Source: the human T2T-CHM13v2.0 reference genome, Homo sapiens. Taken from it: a stretch of 64,000 nucleotides of DNA. The stretch spans positions 41,792,001-41,856,000 of the forward strand of contig CP068257.2 in assembly GCA_009914755.4 (NCBI GenBank), read 5' to 3'. Below the pieces are notes generated by a model. The model was not told where the DNA came from. It saw only the letters and a list, made by a program, of their open reading frames with translations, and did not search any database. The position numbers were made by a program, and so were the translations under genes. Of the stretch, positions 1 through 11,330 are shown in pieces; the stretch's first letter is position 1, and every line of letters starts with the position of its first letter.

Positions 1-39
1 GAGCCAGACCGGATAGTGGGGCACCACCCTGTCCCTGGG

Positions 40-727
40 AACCCCCATGACTGCCTCGTCTCCATCCCCTCTAAAATGCCAGGTCCACAAAACCACGGTG
101 AGATGCCACCGCACACCCATTGGAATGGCTACCATCAAAACACAACAGAAAATTACAAGTGTCTGCAAGGAAGTGGAGAAGCCGGAGCCCTTGTGCACTG
201 CTGACGGGAATGTGAATGGTGCAGTCGCTGTAGGAAATGGTCGGTGAGTCCTCAGATGGCATGGTGATCCCACAGGCAGTTCACACGAGCAGGAGGTGGG
301 ACACTCAAACATCCATCCACAGATGAATGGAGACACAGAATGTTCCACAAAATGGAATATTACTCAGCCTTAAAAAGGAAGGAAGTTCTGAGACATGCTA
401 CAACACAAAGGAACCAGGAGGACATCATGCTGCGTGAACGAAGCTGGTCCCAAGAGGACAAATGCCGTATGGTTCCACGTGCACAAGGTCCCTGGAGTAC
501 TCAAATCCACAGAGGCAGAAAGTAGAGTGGGAGGTGCTGGGGCTGGGGGAGTGAGTGTTTAATGGGTTCAGAGTTTCAGTTTGGGAAGAGGGAAAAGTTT
601 GGAGGTGGATGGTGGTGATGGTTACACAGCAGTGTCAATGAACTTAACGTCACCAAACTGTGTGCTTTCAGATGGTTAAAATAGTAAATTTTATGTTATG
701 TGTATTTTACTGCAATAAAAAAATGTT
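40..727 (+). mobile_element. LINE-1 3' end fragment (old L1M/L1P-type: ORF2 C-terminal region plus 3'UTR, internally deleted)
   Basis: Recognisable L1 3' end motifs: 'cattggaatggctaccatcaaaacacaacagaaaattacaagtg...gtggagaag...cccttgtgcactgctg...gggaatgtgaatggtgcag', 'atccacagatgaatgg', 'aatggaatattactcagccttaaaaagg...ctgagacatgctacaacac', ending 'tgtattttactgcaataaaaaaa'. Diverged from the young L1 consensus. Confidence 0.7.
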
Positions 728-1291
728 AAGCCAGGTCCCATAGTTCAGCAAGAACCAAAAGGGCCACAGGACCTCCCAGTAGCTCCCTGCCCCGTCCTTA
801 GAAACCTGAGCCCCCTCTGGCACGGAGGGAGGCCTGGCACAAGAGGCTGGCAGTGGGGTGGGCCTTGGCAGCCCACCTGCAGCCTGGCCTGGGCTCCACA
901 TCTGCGAGGACTACACCGGGTGCTCCCAGGAGCTCCGAGTTCTCAAGAGACACCTCAGCTTTCTCATCCCCAAAACCTCCTTCTCTCCATTCGGAGCGTC
1001 TCCCCTGAACCCGACATGCTTCCCCAGTGGGAACTATGCTCTCCCCTGCCCCACCCCGGTGGACGGGTCCTGCTGCTGCCCTGACACCCTGGCACTTCAG
1101 GCAGCCACTGGAAGGGCCCAGAACCAGGAGCACAGGTGCTCCTGAGCCATGCCCAGCCACCCCCGGTGGGGGCAAGCTCCGTGGCTGCGCCACGCCCTGG
1201 AGGGCTTTAGAAAGCAGCTGTGTTTGCTTTGCCCCTAGATGTCACTTAGAAACAGTGTGTCCCATAATTGTTTTCTGGGGATATTTTTGGC

Positions 1292-1588
<297 letters not shown>

Positions 1589-1649
1589 ATGTCCCATAAT
1601 TGAATCTGTGCTACCAAATTTATATTTTATAAATATATATTTTTAAAAA

Positions 1650-1815
1650 TTCCAGTTTGTAGCAAAGATGGTACTGTGGTTTGAAAGTGTTCCCCAAAGT
1701 TCATGTGTCGGAAGCTTGATCCCCAACATGGCCGTGTTGGGAGATGCGGTCTCATGGGAGGTGTTTGGACCGCAGGGGCACGACCCTCACAAGTGGGTTA
1801 ATATTTTATTACAGC
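1650..1815 (+). mobile_element. ERVL-MaLR-type LTR fragment (THE1/MST-like architecture), 5' portion only
   Basis: 'tgtagcaaagatggtactgtggtttgaaagtgttccccaaagttcatgtgtcggaagcttgatccccaac...gggaggtgtttggaccgcagggg' parallels the THE1/MST LTR 5' end ('tgt..tggtttgg.tgtgtcccc.cccaaa..tcat.t..gaa..t.atcccca...gtgggaggt'). About 85% identical to the 5' 160 bp of the 3327-3769 copy. Confidence 0.5.
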
Positions 1816-2523
1816 AAATATATACTAAGTTTGTTGGCCTTTGTTGGGCCTGTTTATTACATCTTGGATTTTCAGTGACTTTTTTTCTTCTACCTTAGTT
1901 TAAAACAGTGCACATGAAAGGATTTAGAATTTTAAAACTTTTTTCTTGATGATAAAATGGAATATATGATTATTATAAAAAATATATATGAAAATAATAA
2001 TACTAACATATAAGAAATAATTCATAATTCTACCACTCAGATATCATCACTCAGTATTTTGGTGCATTTTTTTCTAGTTGAATAGATGTAAATTTTTAAA
2101 AAATAAATTTGGATTGTACCCCATATGAACACTCTTATAGCCTCTCTTTCTATTTGTAGAAAGAGAATTCCATGTATCATATATAATTTAAATACATTAT
2201 TCTTAATATCTAATATCTCATGTTTAACATGTAACATTCCCATTTATTTAACATTTCTATTTGTAGACATTATTGTTTCTACACGTTACTATAAACAGTG
2301 TTATTGTGAGCATCTTTCCCAAAACTCTTAATTCCTATGTGAAATTTTTCCCTAGGATAAAGCCTTAAAAATGGAATTACCAAGTGAAAGAGGATAAAGT
2401 GTCTTAAAGCCTTTGATATATGTTGCCAAACTGCTGGGGCACCCCTGACCTTAAACTGTGCCAACATTTAAGAATTTTCATTTTAAAAATATTTTGCTAA
2501 GTTCAGAAGTGGAAAATAATATC

Positions 2524-2973
2524 TGTATTAGTTCCCTAGGGCAGCCATAACAAAGTATAAAAAACAGGCAGTTCTAAACAACAGAAATGTGTCCTCCCAC
2601 AGTTCTGGAGCCAGATGTCTGAAATCTGTGTGGGCAAGGCCATGTTCCCTCTTCAGCCTCCTGGCGAGATTCCTTTCATGCCTCTTCCAGCTTCTGGAGG
2701 TTCTCAGGGACACCTGTCAGTCGTTGGCTTACAGATCCCTCATCCAGTCTCCGCCACCATCTTCAGATGGGCCGGCTTTTCCCGGGGCCTCCCTCTCTTC
2801 TTATAAGGACACCAGGCATTCTGTATTTAGGACCCAGCCTACTCCAGTATGGTCTCACTCTAACTAGTTAATCTGCAACCACCCTATTTCCAAATAAGGC
2901 CATGTTCTTAGGTACAGGAGGTGAGGACTTAACATACCTTTCAGTAGGGGGACACAGTTCAATCCGTAATAGC
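2524..2973 (-). mobile_element. ERVL-MaLR-type LTR (common 'ccataacaaagta...tataaggacaccag...atttccaaataaggtca...gggggacacaattcaa.ccataa' family), minus orientation
   Basis: Diagnostic strings 'cagccataacaaagtataaaaaacaggcagttctaaacaacagaaatg...cacagttctggagccagatgtctgaaatc', 'ctcttcttataaggacaccaggcattctg', 'ctatttccaaataaggccatgttcttaggtacaggaggtgaggacttaacatacctttcagtagggggacacagttcaatccgtaatag'. I cannot give the exact RepeatMasker subfamily name from memory. Confidence 0.55.
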
Positions 2974-3326
2974 ATGCATTTATTGTAATGGGCACTTCTT
3001 GGATTTCCTTATGGAAAGTGATTCTTCTCTTCATGTTCATTGGCCATTTGTGTTTCTTTTGAGTGTCAGTTCTTATTTTCTGCTCCGTTTTCTATTAGTG
3101 GGTCTCAGTCAAGGCTCCCTTTATTGTGAGAGGCAGAAATGCAACTGAAACTGGTTCAAGCTAAAAGGAGAGTTGGTGGTTAACATAACTAAAGGGCCCA
3201 GGATACTACAGGCTTCAGGCTGAGCTCGACCCAGGCTCACACAATGTTTATCTGTTCTATTCCCTTTTTTCAGCAGCATCCCTCAGTTCTACTTCCCTGC
3301 CTTGGCTTTGTTCTCAGGCAGGCTCA

Positions 3327-3769
3327 TTCCAGTTTGTAGCAAAGATGGTGCTATGCTTTGAAAGTGCCCCCCAAAGTTCATGTGTCAGAAGCTTGATCCC
3401 CATCATGGCAATGGTGGGAGGTGGGGCCTAATGGGAGGTGCTTGGGTCATAGGGGTACGACCCTCACAAGTGGATTAATACCATTATCTCAAGAGTGCGT
3501 TCCTTATAAAAGGACAAGTTTGGCCCCATCTTGCGCTCTCTCTTTCTCTCTCTCCCCCTCTCTTTGTGTGTGTGTGTGTGTGTGTGTGTGCTCTCACTTT
3601 CTCACTCTTGCCCTTCTGCCTTCCACCTTGGGATGCCGCAGCAAGAAGGCCCTAACTAGATGCCAGTGCCATGCTCTTGGACTTCCCAGCCTCCCCAGGA
3701 CATCTCTGTTCATTATAGATTACCCAGACTGTGATATTTTGTTATAGCTGCACAAAGCAGACTAAGACA
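3327..3769 (+). mobile_element. ERVL-MaLR-type LTR (THE1/MST-like), near full length
   Basis: 5' end 'tgtagcaaagatggtgctatgctttgaaagtgccccccaaagttcatgtgtcagaagcttgatcccca'. 3' end 'cttggacttcccagcctcc...attacccagactgtgatattttgttatagctgcacaaagcagactaagaca' matches the canonical MaLR LTR terminus. Confidence 0.6.
3535..3590. repeat. (TC)n-like stretch followed by (GT)12 microsatellite inside the LTR
   Basis: 'ctctctctttctctctctccccctctctttgtgtgtgtgtgtgtgtgtgtgtgc' read directly. Confidence 0.9.
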
Positions 3770-5195
3770 GGTAGCTAACATCCTACTAGTTCACCGTCTA
3801 CAGAGAAAGCATATCTTTTCCCTGATAGTCCCAGCCACGGTCCCAGGCAAGCCCTTCATTGGCCAGGTTTATGTCATGTTTAATCTCTGGAGGTGAAGAA
3901 TTTAGGTCAGCACACCCAAATCATCTGGACTAAGGGCAGGAGGGGGTGGTTTACTGGGGGCTATTACAAAGGAAGGAGCCACAGATTCCTTTGCACGGGC
4001 AAAATCAAAAGATGGGCCCCTAGTAAGGAAATGCTTATTTATTCTGAGAACTCTTTTTATATTAAAGGCATGAATCCTTTACCTCTTTCTTCCATGGTTT
4101 TTTCTTAGTTATTTGTCTCTGTGGGTTTTTTTTACAGGAGGCCAAACGCTGCCTTGTGAGTGTGGCATTCCTGGGGCACATTTGCCATATAGCATCACTG
4201 CATAATAACGTCCAACAGGAGCATATTGCCAAGACACATTCTCTGGGCGTGAACAAAAAAACAAACCTGTGGCTAGTACTTCAGTCAGTGAATTGGCATT
4301 CGAAAGCGTGTCGTCATTAGTACAGACGTCAGCGGTGAATGAGAAAGCAAAGAACCCGTGGCTGCACCTAATAAAAGGCCGGCAGGGAGATAAAAGCTAC
4401 CGTGGTTGTGCAATGATGGGACAAAATGCCCAGGGTCACTGGTCCAGGTGCAGGTTTTGAGTCCTCACTCAAAAATGAGATAAGGAATGTGACTTTGAAC
4501 TCATTAGCCTTTTGATCAGGCTATGAACTAAAGGCAAATAGAACAGGTGGCCTGACCCCTGCCAGAGACTGGCACTGCCTGCGAGGTAGGAGCTCCCAGG
4601 TGGGCAGGGACCAGAGGTCAGTGACTTGGTGCACCCTCCACTCATGGGGCCGGGCCGGCAGTTCTCCCTCCTTCCTCTTCTCCTCCCCCTCCACGGGGGA
4701 GATTCTAAAACCCCCAGGAGGATGTCCCTGGTAACACTGCTTCTCCCTTTTCACGTCAGGCCCCAAGCCCTGTTTAGATCCCAGGGTAACAGCACTGAGC
4801 AGTGGAAGAGCCCTTGCTACGTGGCCACCCAGCCGTGGGCCCAGGGAGGACGCGTTCCTTTTTGCACAGCTGGCCGGAGAAGCTGCTGTGCGTCAGGGCC
4901 AGGCCTGTGGCTGGGAGAGCAACAAAGTGTAGGGAGGGTCACGGGGCAACTGTGGCCCACGTTACTGCCCAGACGGTGCCCCCTGTCCTGGAAGGAGGCG
5001 TCCCCTCACAACCCCTGCCCAGGAAGGAGGTGTCGGGGCTGACAGCAGCACCTGGGAGGTGACTTGGAGGGTCTGGGGTTGGGGGGTTGACAAGGGCGTG
5101 AACAGTTGGGAGATGGGTGAATTAGAAAGGGGCAACCAAACAAGTCAAGCATCTTCCCAAATGTTTCAAGGTTTAAGAGGGCGTTGTAACACACA

Positions 5196-5300
5196 ATGGT
5201 GTGTGAGTGTGTGTGTGCACATCCCTCTATGTGCATACATCTCTGTGCACACGTGTGCATCTGTGTGTGATGTACACGCTCACACATGTGCTAGCAGAGG
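5196..5300. repeat. TG-rich cryptic simple repeat (GTGTGCA-like)
   Basis: 'gtgtgtgagtgtgtgtgtgcacatccctctatgtgcatacatctctgtgcacacgtgtgcatctgtgtgtgatgtacacgctcacacatgtg'. Confidence 0.7.
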
Positions 5301-6276
5301 AAGCACAGGGAGAGGCTCACAGGCCTGAGTGACGTCAGAGACAGGTATGGCCCACAGGGCGGTCTGGCAGAAGCTGGCCTGGTACTTGCCTGGCTCCCCG
5401 GCCTCACCCCCTAACCCAGGGTGCAGGTTCCAGCCGCCCTCTCTCCAGGGCAGGGCAGGACACCCTGAGTGCTCAGTGGGCTTCTTGGCCCTCAGTCCCC
5501 AGAAGGTGAGGGTCCCCATCCTCCTGGGTGCCCCCTACCCCAGCTCCTGAGCCACATGGTCATGGACTGGGGAAGCAGAGTCCAGACTCTAAGGAGGGGT
5601 TTCTTTGTCATCTTCCAACTCAGGACCCTTGGGCCAATCGGAGCAGCTCAGCCTCAGTTTCTCTCTTCTTCATCTCCTGTGTACTTGAGGGGCCTCCCGA
5701 GGGCTGCTCCCTTCCCAGATGAGGCTGAAGTAAACCCTGTCATACAGGTGGGTGGGTCCCTGGAGGGGACAGGCCATGCTAAAGCCACCAAGCCCCCAAA
5801 AGTGCGAAAGGATGAACAGGAGGGCGGCGGGGCAGAGCTGGGTGCCTTGGAGTGGGGTGGGGGCTGGATTCGGGGGTGGGAAGAGCAGAGCACCTTCCCT
5901 GCACGGGGAGGGTGCCCCTTCCTCTGCACAGACCCGCCTGCCCCCTCCACTCCGCGTGGCCCAGGGGAGCCAGGCCTGGAAGGATGTCGTGGGCGACGCT
6001 AGCTTGGAGTGACTCCTTTTATGGGGAAACTTTGGAACTTCATCTGAGAAAGCCTTGTGCTAACCCAGGGCCCCGCCTCTGGCCAGGGCAAGACAAGGAA
6101 GCCATCCACAGTCTTCAAGACTGTTGCTCCCGGGACGGTGCCATTTCCTGTGGGAGCTTCAACACTCAGAACTCACCCTGGCATGCAGGAGGCTCACATG
6201 ACGCCCTTGTCAAAGAAGCTGATGGGTGATTTAATTAGTGAACAAATGATTCACGAGCAAAGAACCAAAATCTCTC

Positions 6277-6647
6277 CGTGTGTGCCTGCATCTGTGCTTG
6301 CGTGTGTGCGTGTTTGTGTATGCTTGTGTGCACTACACGCAAGTGTGTGTATCTGTGTATATGTTTTCTTGTGCACGCCTATGGATTTGGTTATGTGCAG
6401 ATATTTGCTTTGTGCACGTGGGCATGCGTAGGTGTGTGCATGTGGGTTTGCCGTATGCATGTGTGTTTGTGTTGTCAGGTGAATGCAGGCATGTACTCGT
6501 GTGTATGAGTTACTGTGTGCATGTGTGTGATTTTGTGAGTGCTTGTGTTTGTGTATGCGAGTTTGTGTGTACATGTGTTTGTGTGTGTGGATCCATGCGT
6601 ATGCACGTGTCTCTGTGGGTGGGTCCGTGTGTGTGCACATGTGTGCT
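6277..6647. repeat. about 370 bp degenerate (GTGTGCRT)n array, GT-strand on plus
   Basis: Continuous run of gtgtg/tgcgtg/tgcatg motifs from 'ccgtgtgtgcctgcatctgtgcttgcgtgtgtgcgtgtttgtgtatgc' to 'gtgggtccgtgtgtgtgcacatgtgtgc'. The minus-strand ORFs here translate to His/Thr-rich artefacts. Confidence 0.8.
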
Positions 6648-7779
6648 CTCCTTTAAGCTCACCCCTGGCCAAGCCTCTTGGAGCCCAGGGCTGCCCAGGA
6701 ACTTTGTGGAGCATTTAGGGGTGTTTCAGTCAAGTTGGAAACAGGCTGGGGAGGGATGGATTTGTTGTGACCTGGAGGAGCGGGTAGATGACCTCACCCA
6801 GTTGCACACAGAGGGCGTGGGTTAGGCACCATGTACTTAAACTTGGCATTGAAGTAGAATGGACATTCTGGAAGGAGACGTGACAGGGATTTTCACCCCC
6901 ACAAACGCTCACAAGGGAACTGCCCCCAGGGAGCTGTCCAGATACCCCTCCAACCCTCCAGTCACCCCCACTCCCCTGGAAGCATTATCCACTGCGGGCA
7001 CTTTGTGTGGCCAGAATGGAGAACCCTGCAGCTTCTTCATGTGGCGTTTCCTCTGCCCACCCTCCCAGCTCCAGCTGGCCCGGTGCCTCCAGGCACCAGC
7101 CCTCAGCAGCACCACCCACTCAAGGGTTCATGACAGATGGGTCCAAGCAGGGAAAAGTGGACCCAAGGACTCTGAGCAGGAAGGGATTGAACACAGGGAA
7201 GGGGTATCACAGGACCCAGGATGGGCTGCAGACTCCAGACGGGCCTCCTGGGAGACTCAGGCACAGAGTGCCGCCCCACCAGGCACTGTCACCACGGCAG
7301 CCCCCCCGGAGCCGTGCCGGGAGCATAAAGCCACCAGGGCCGCTGCGTTGCCACTGCCTTGCACCCCCGGGAGCTGGGGAACAGACCCGCACAGCCGTGA
7401 CCACCTGAAAGCCAGATGAGCCAGGGGAAGCAGCTGCGCCTGCAGCCACCCCCACTCCAGCACATGGAGAACGCGGCAGGACAAGCTGGTGTCTCCGTGG
7501 GGTGCCCCCGTTGTCCCCACGTCTCACATACACTCGCCTGATGGGTGGCCTTCCCCACATCCGGGACCCTGGCTAGAGTCTGAAAGGCGGCTGCCCACGT
7601 CCCAGCTGCCCCTGAGCAGGGAGGCCGGCAGGGGATGCACGGCGAGTTCTCTCAGTGGTCGGCCGGGCCCCAGCCCCCTGGGTGCTGCGAGGGGACCCTG
7701 TGAGCCTGCTGATGGCCAGTGAGCCGCGGTCCTCTGGTCCTAGCCGGCCTCGGGTCTGTGGTCCTCCGGGCAGGACGTG

Positions 7780-7965
7780 TCTGGCAGGCCAGAGGCGGCT
7801 CCTGTGTGCGCGGAACAGCCGCTTTTACAGGGGCGTCGGCTCGTGGCGCTGGCAGGGCTTCTGTCGCACCAGCCCTCGGCCCGCGGCAAATGCCGAATGC
7901 CGGTGCTGGGAACGGAAGTGGGAAATGACGGGGGGTGCGGGGGAGCGGCCCTGACTGGGACTGTA
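7780..7965. promoter_or_regulatory. CpG-island-like block (candidate unmethylated regulatory island)
   Basis: About 19 CpG dinucleotides in about 185 bp ('gtgtgcgcggaacagccgcttttacaggggcgtcggctcgtggcgctgg...ctcggcccgcggcaaatgccgaatgccggtgctgggaacggaag'), far above the CpG-depleted background of flanking sequence. Confidence 0.3.
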
Positions 7966-7989
7966 CGGGGACGCATGGGGGTGCGGGCA

Positions 7990-8145
7990 CTTGAGGGAGG
8001 AAGCAGCAGAGGGAGGTGTGTGGATGTGTGTGTGTGCGTGACTGGGGTGTGAGCGTGCCCACTGTGGGTGTGCCCGTGTGTGTGGCTGTGAGGCGTGAGT
8101 GCAGGCGTGAAGTGTCTGGGAGTGGGAGCGGGCATGAGTGTGTGC
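7990..8145. repeat. TG/GGTG-rich low-complexity block
   Basis: 'gtgtgtggatgtgtgtgtgtgcgtgactggggtgtgagcgtgcccactgtgggtgtgcccgtgtgtgtggctgtgaggcgtgagtgcaggcgtgaagtg'. Confidence 0.5.
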
Positions 8146-9399
8146 CACGGGCCTGCTGTTGGGTCCTTGGAGGCCACGGTTGCCCCTGAAGGGACTGCAA
8201 GCTCTTTTTTGATTTGTAGTTATTTGAGAAGTCTATACAGGAAGAAAATTAAACCGCATTTACTAAATACAATAAAATTACAGGAAGACAGAATTGTCCC
8301 CAAATTACAAACATGTGGCCCGAGTTGCTCCACGACAGCTCAGCCCCAGACCATGCAGTGGAGATGGCAGCCCCGAGCCCCGGGCCCATCTCCTGCTCCC
8401 CACTGAGGTGACACAGGACCCCTGTAAGGCAGGACCCCAGAGCCCCGCACAGGAGGGGGGGCTGTGTGGGGGGAGGGACCCCTGCCTGCTGTCCCTGCCC
8501 AGCCTGCGGTCCCGCCCCCACCAGGCAGCGGACCCTGGACTGCTCATGATCACGGCCTCACCTGGAAAGCTGCTATGGGCTGGTCTGAGCCTCTTCCCTC
8601 TTTCCGGGAAATCTGAGGCCCACCAGCAGCGGGCAGCAGGTCATGGGTATGGTCGCGGACTTGGAGGCCCAGGAAGGCCACCAAGGAGCAGGAAGGGCCG
8701 TGTCCTGGGATCAGAGTCTAGGCCAGAGACCCTTCCCAAGGCTGTCACCCAGGAGGGAGATGATGGGAAGTGACAGTGGGGCCCAGGCTGGAAGTGAGAG
8801 GGGCCGGGCCTGTGGCGGAGTAAGAGCTGGCTTGGAGTGGGCAGAGGCCAAGGCAGCCGGGTGGGCACCAGACTTGGGAGATGCTCGGCCTCGCACCGAG
8901 AAAGGGGGGGCGCTGGGGCCAAGTGCCCACTGCCCGGAGAGCAGGGCTGGGTCCTCAAGGGCCCCCTGCTTTTGGATGTTGTGCAGCCACTGAAGCTGAA
9001 GCCCAGTCGCCCCGGCTCCACGGTCCAGACTCCCAGCAGGTGGCCACCCCTGACCACCTACTCTGAAATCCAGGCACATCCTGGCACCACCCGGCCAAGA
9101 GCCCACATGGCCCCGGGGCATTCATCTCACTGGGCAGGGGCAGCCTCCGACCTCATCCCAGCTCAGTAGGTGCTCGCGGTGCCCTCCTAAACGCCAGCCA
9201 TGAGCTTGAGCGAACGCCAGTGTGTCGTGAGGCTGAGCACAGCCTGGCCCCTCCACTCCGGCTCCTGGTGGCTGTCTGCTGTGTCCCCTATCGGGGAAGA
9301 GGTTTCTCTTTGGCCCAAGCCCACCTGCCCCTGCCTGAGGGAGCCCTCAGCCACTACGCTCAGCCCGTCAGAAACCTGAGAGCTCATGTCCACGACAGG

Positions 9400-9830
9400 G
9401 CCAGCCAGTGGGGAGAGGACCCGGGGCTCCCTTGGAGGCAGGGCACTGCTCGTTCCCGCGGCCGCTCGGCCCCGCCCGCTCCCTCCACCCCGATTTCCCA
9501 CAGGGCTTGCAGGCATCGCCCCAAACAGACTCTGTCACCCAAGCCATGTGCCTGGGCCTGCCTTTGGGTGTGGATGGGGGGTGCCTGGCGGGGGGTGCCT
9601 GGCGGGGAGTGCTCTGAGTGCAGGAGCGGACACCCAGGCTGCCCGAGGAGGGCAGGGCGTGAGGACTGGGACAGCCGCACCCCTGCTGCTTGGCACGACC
9701 CAGTGAAGGAATGACGTCCGCAAGGGCCACGTGAGCTTGGGGCGGGCGGTGCCGGTGGAGGGAGAGGCAGAGGCTGTCAGCCTCTCCCCACCCCTGCCTC
9801 ACGTGGCCACGCCCGACGTCACCGTGTCTT
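9400..9830. promoter_or_regulatory. CpG-island-like block with GC boxes, two CACGTG E-boxes and a TGACGTC (CRE-like) motif
   Basis: 'cgttcccgcggccgctcggccccgcccgctccctccaccccgattt' (GC box ggccccgcccgc). 'gaatgacgtccgcaagggccacgtgagcttggggcgggcggtgccgg...cctcacgtggccacgcccgacgtcaccgtg' carries the CRE-like tgacgtc, cacgtg twice, and ggggcgggcgg. Confidence 0.3.
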
Positions 9831-10489
9831 TCTTTGTGAGAGCTGAGTCCACCGACCCCACCTTGTTTAGATTAGGTTGGAAGTCACCTGGGCTGAGCTG
9901 ATGGCTGATTCCGTCAGCAAAAAGAACTGTGGAACATACTGGCACTTGGGCCGGTGTGAAGCCACCCCCCTGCCATGAAAAATGGCTCTTCCCTGCCACA
10001 GCCGGCCCAGCGGGAGCCAGGTCAGGGCCTGGAGACACAGCGCCCCCCACCGGAGCCACTGCCCGGCCCAGCAGCACCTGCGGAGAATCCCACCAGCTCC
10101 CACGCCTCCCGCCGCGCCACCGCCCCGGCTTTCTGCAAATCCACCTTATGGAAGCCGGATAAGGTGAAGTCCACATATAACTAAAAGCGAGTTACTGAGG
10201 GTTACTTTCTTTGCAGAGTGGTTCCCCTAAAGGATTCCTTTAAACATGATCCGGTCAGCCAGTGCTCACTTACGTTCACCAAGTCACGTCGGTTTGTGGC
10301 GGCAGGAGCCCAGCGTGCCAGGCACCTGCGGGAGGGGAAGATGCTGGGTGGGGCCCTGCTTTCGACACTTTGCATCTTAAGCAGGTGAGCAGACAGGCAC
10401 ACATTTGCTCACTCAGTTCCTTGGGGTAGCTCTGATGGGCAGGGAAAACACACCAAGGGCCAATCGTGTGGCACCGACTCGCCGTCTCT

Positions 10490-10647
10490 CTATTGTATTT
10501 TATAGAAACGGTCTCACATTCGCCCAGGCTGGAGTGCAGTGGTGCAAGCATAGCTCATTGTAGCCTTGAACTCCTGGGTTCAAGCCATCCTCCCACCTTA
10601 GCCTCCCAAAGCGCTGGGATTACAGGCATGAGCCAACACACCTGGCC
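10490..10647 (-). mobile_element. Alu fragment (right half / free monomer), minus orientation
   Basis: 'gaaacggtctcacattcgcccaggctggagtgcagtggtgcaagcatagctcattgtagccttgaactcctgggttcaagccatcctcccaccttagcctcccaaagcgctgggattacaggcatgagccaacacacctggcc'. Confidence 0.85.
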
Positions 10648-11257
10648 GGCACCAACTCTCAGCCACGCTGTCGCAGACAGCGGGGCCCCTGCTTGCTGCT
10701 GGATGTCACCTCCCAGCCCTGAGAGGCTGGGGATGGGAGCCGGCAGCACTCCTTTGCACAGAGCACCGCAGGAAGCACTGGAATCCGGAAAGAGAGAGGG
10801 TGCCGTGAGCAGACTTCCCGGCAGGCGTCAACCTCCTGTGTGGTCAGGAGTGCAGGCGCTGGGGCCGGAACCCTGGGCACTCGACCACAACCGCCTGGGC
10901 AACGTGGCCAAGTGGGCGCGTGTCCTGGGGCTCTTGCAACAAGCCAGGTGGCCTCAACAACAGATACTGATTCCCTTACAGCTCTGGGGACCAGAAGCCC
11001 CAAATTAAGCTGTGGGCAGGGCTGCACTCCCTCCAGAGGCGCTAGAGGGGGATCTTCCTTGTCTCTGGCAGCTTCTGGTGGCCCAGGCGTTCCTTGGCTT
11101 GTGGCTGCCTCCCTCCAGTCCCTGCCTGGCCCTCCCACGGCCTCGGCCCCTCTCCATGTGGCTCTCCCTGGGTTTTCTCTTCTCTTCATGAAGGCGCTTG
11201 TCCTTCACACCAGGCGCTGTGGTCCAGCCTGACAGCCCAGGACGATCACGCTGCCAG

Positions 11258-11330
11258 GTCTTGACCTGATTATATCTGCAAAGACCCTTTTTTCAAATAA
11301 GGTCATCTTTACAGGTTCTGGGACACAGAC
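11258..11330 (-). mobile_element. MaLR-type LTR fragment
   Basis: 'cttgacctgattatatctgcaaagacccttttttcaaataaggtcatctttacaggttctggg' matches the 'acttaattacatctgcaaagaccctatttccaaataaggtcacattctgaggtactggg' segment of the same family as 2524-2973. Confidence 0.4.

Noticed and set aside
4269-4460. Small RNA gene (C/D snoRNA, Y RNA, vault RNA) in the CpG-retaining segment
   Set aside because: I found no proper C box (RUGAUGA) / D box (CUGA) pairing with terminal stem, no Y-RNA 'ggctggtccga' start, and no A/B-box pol III promoter spacing. It is kept only as a low-interest finding.
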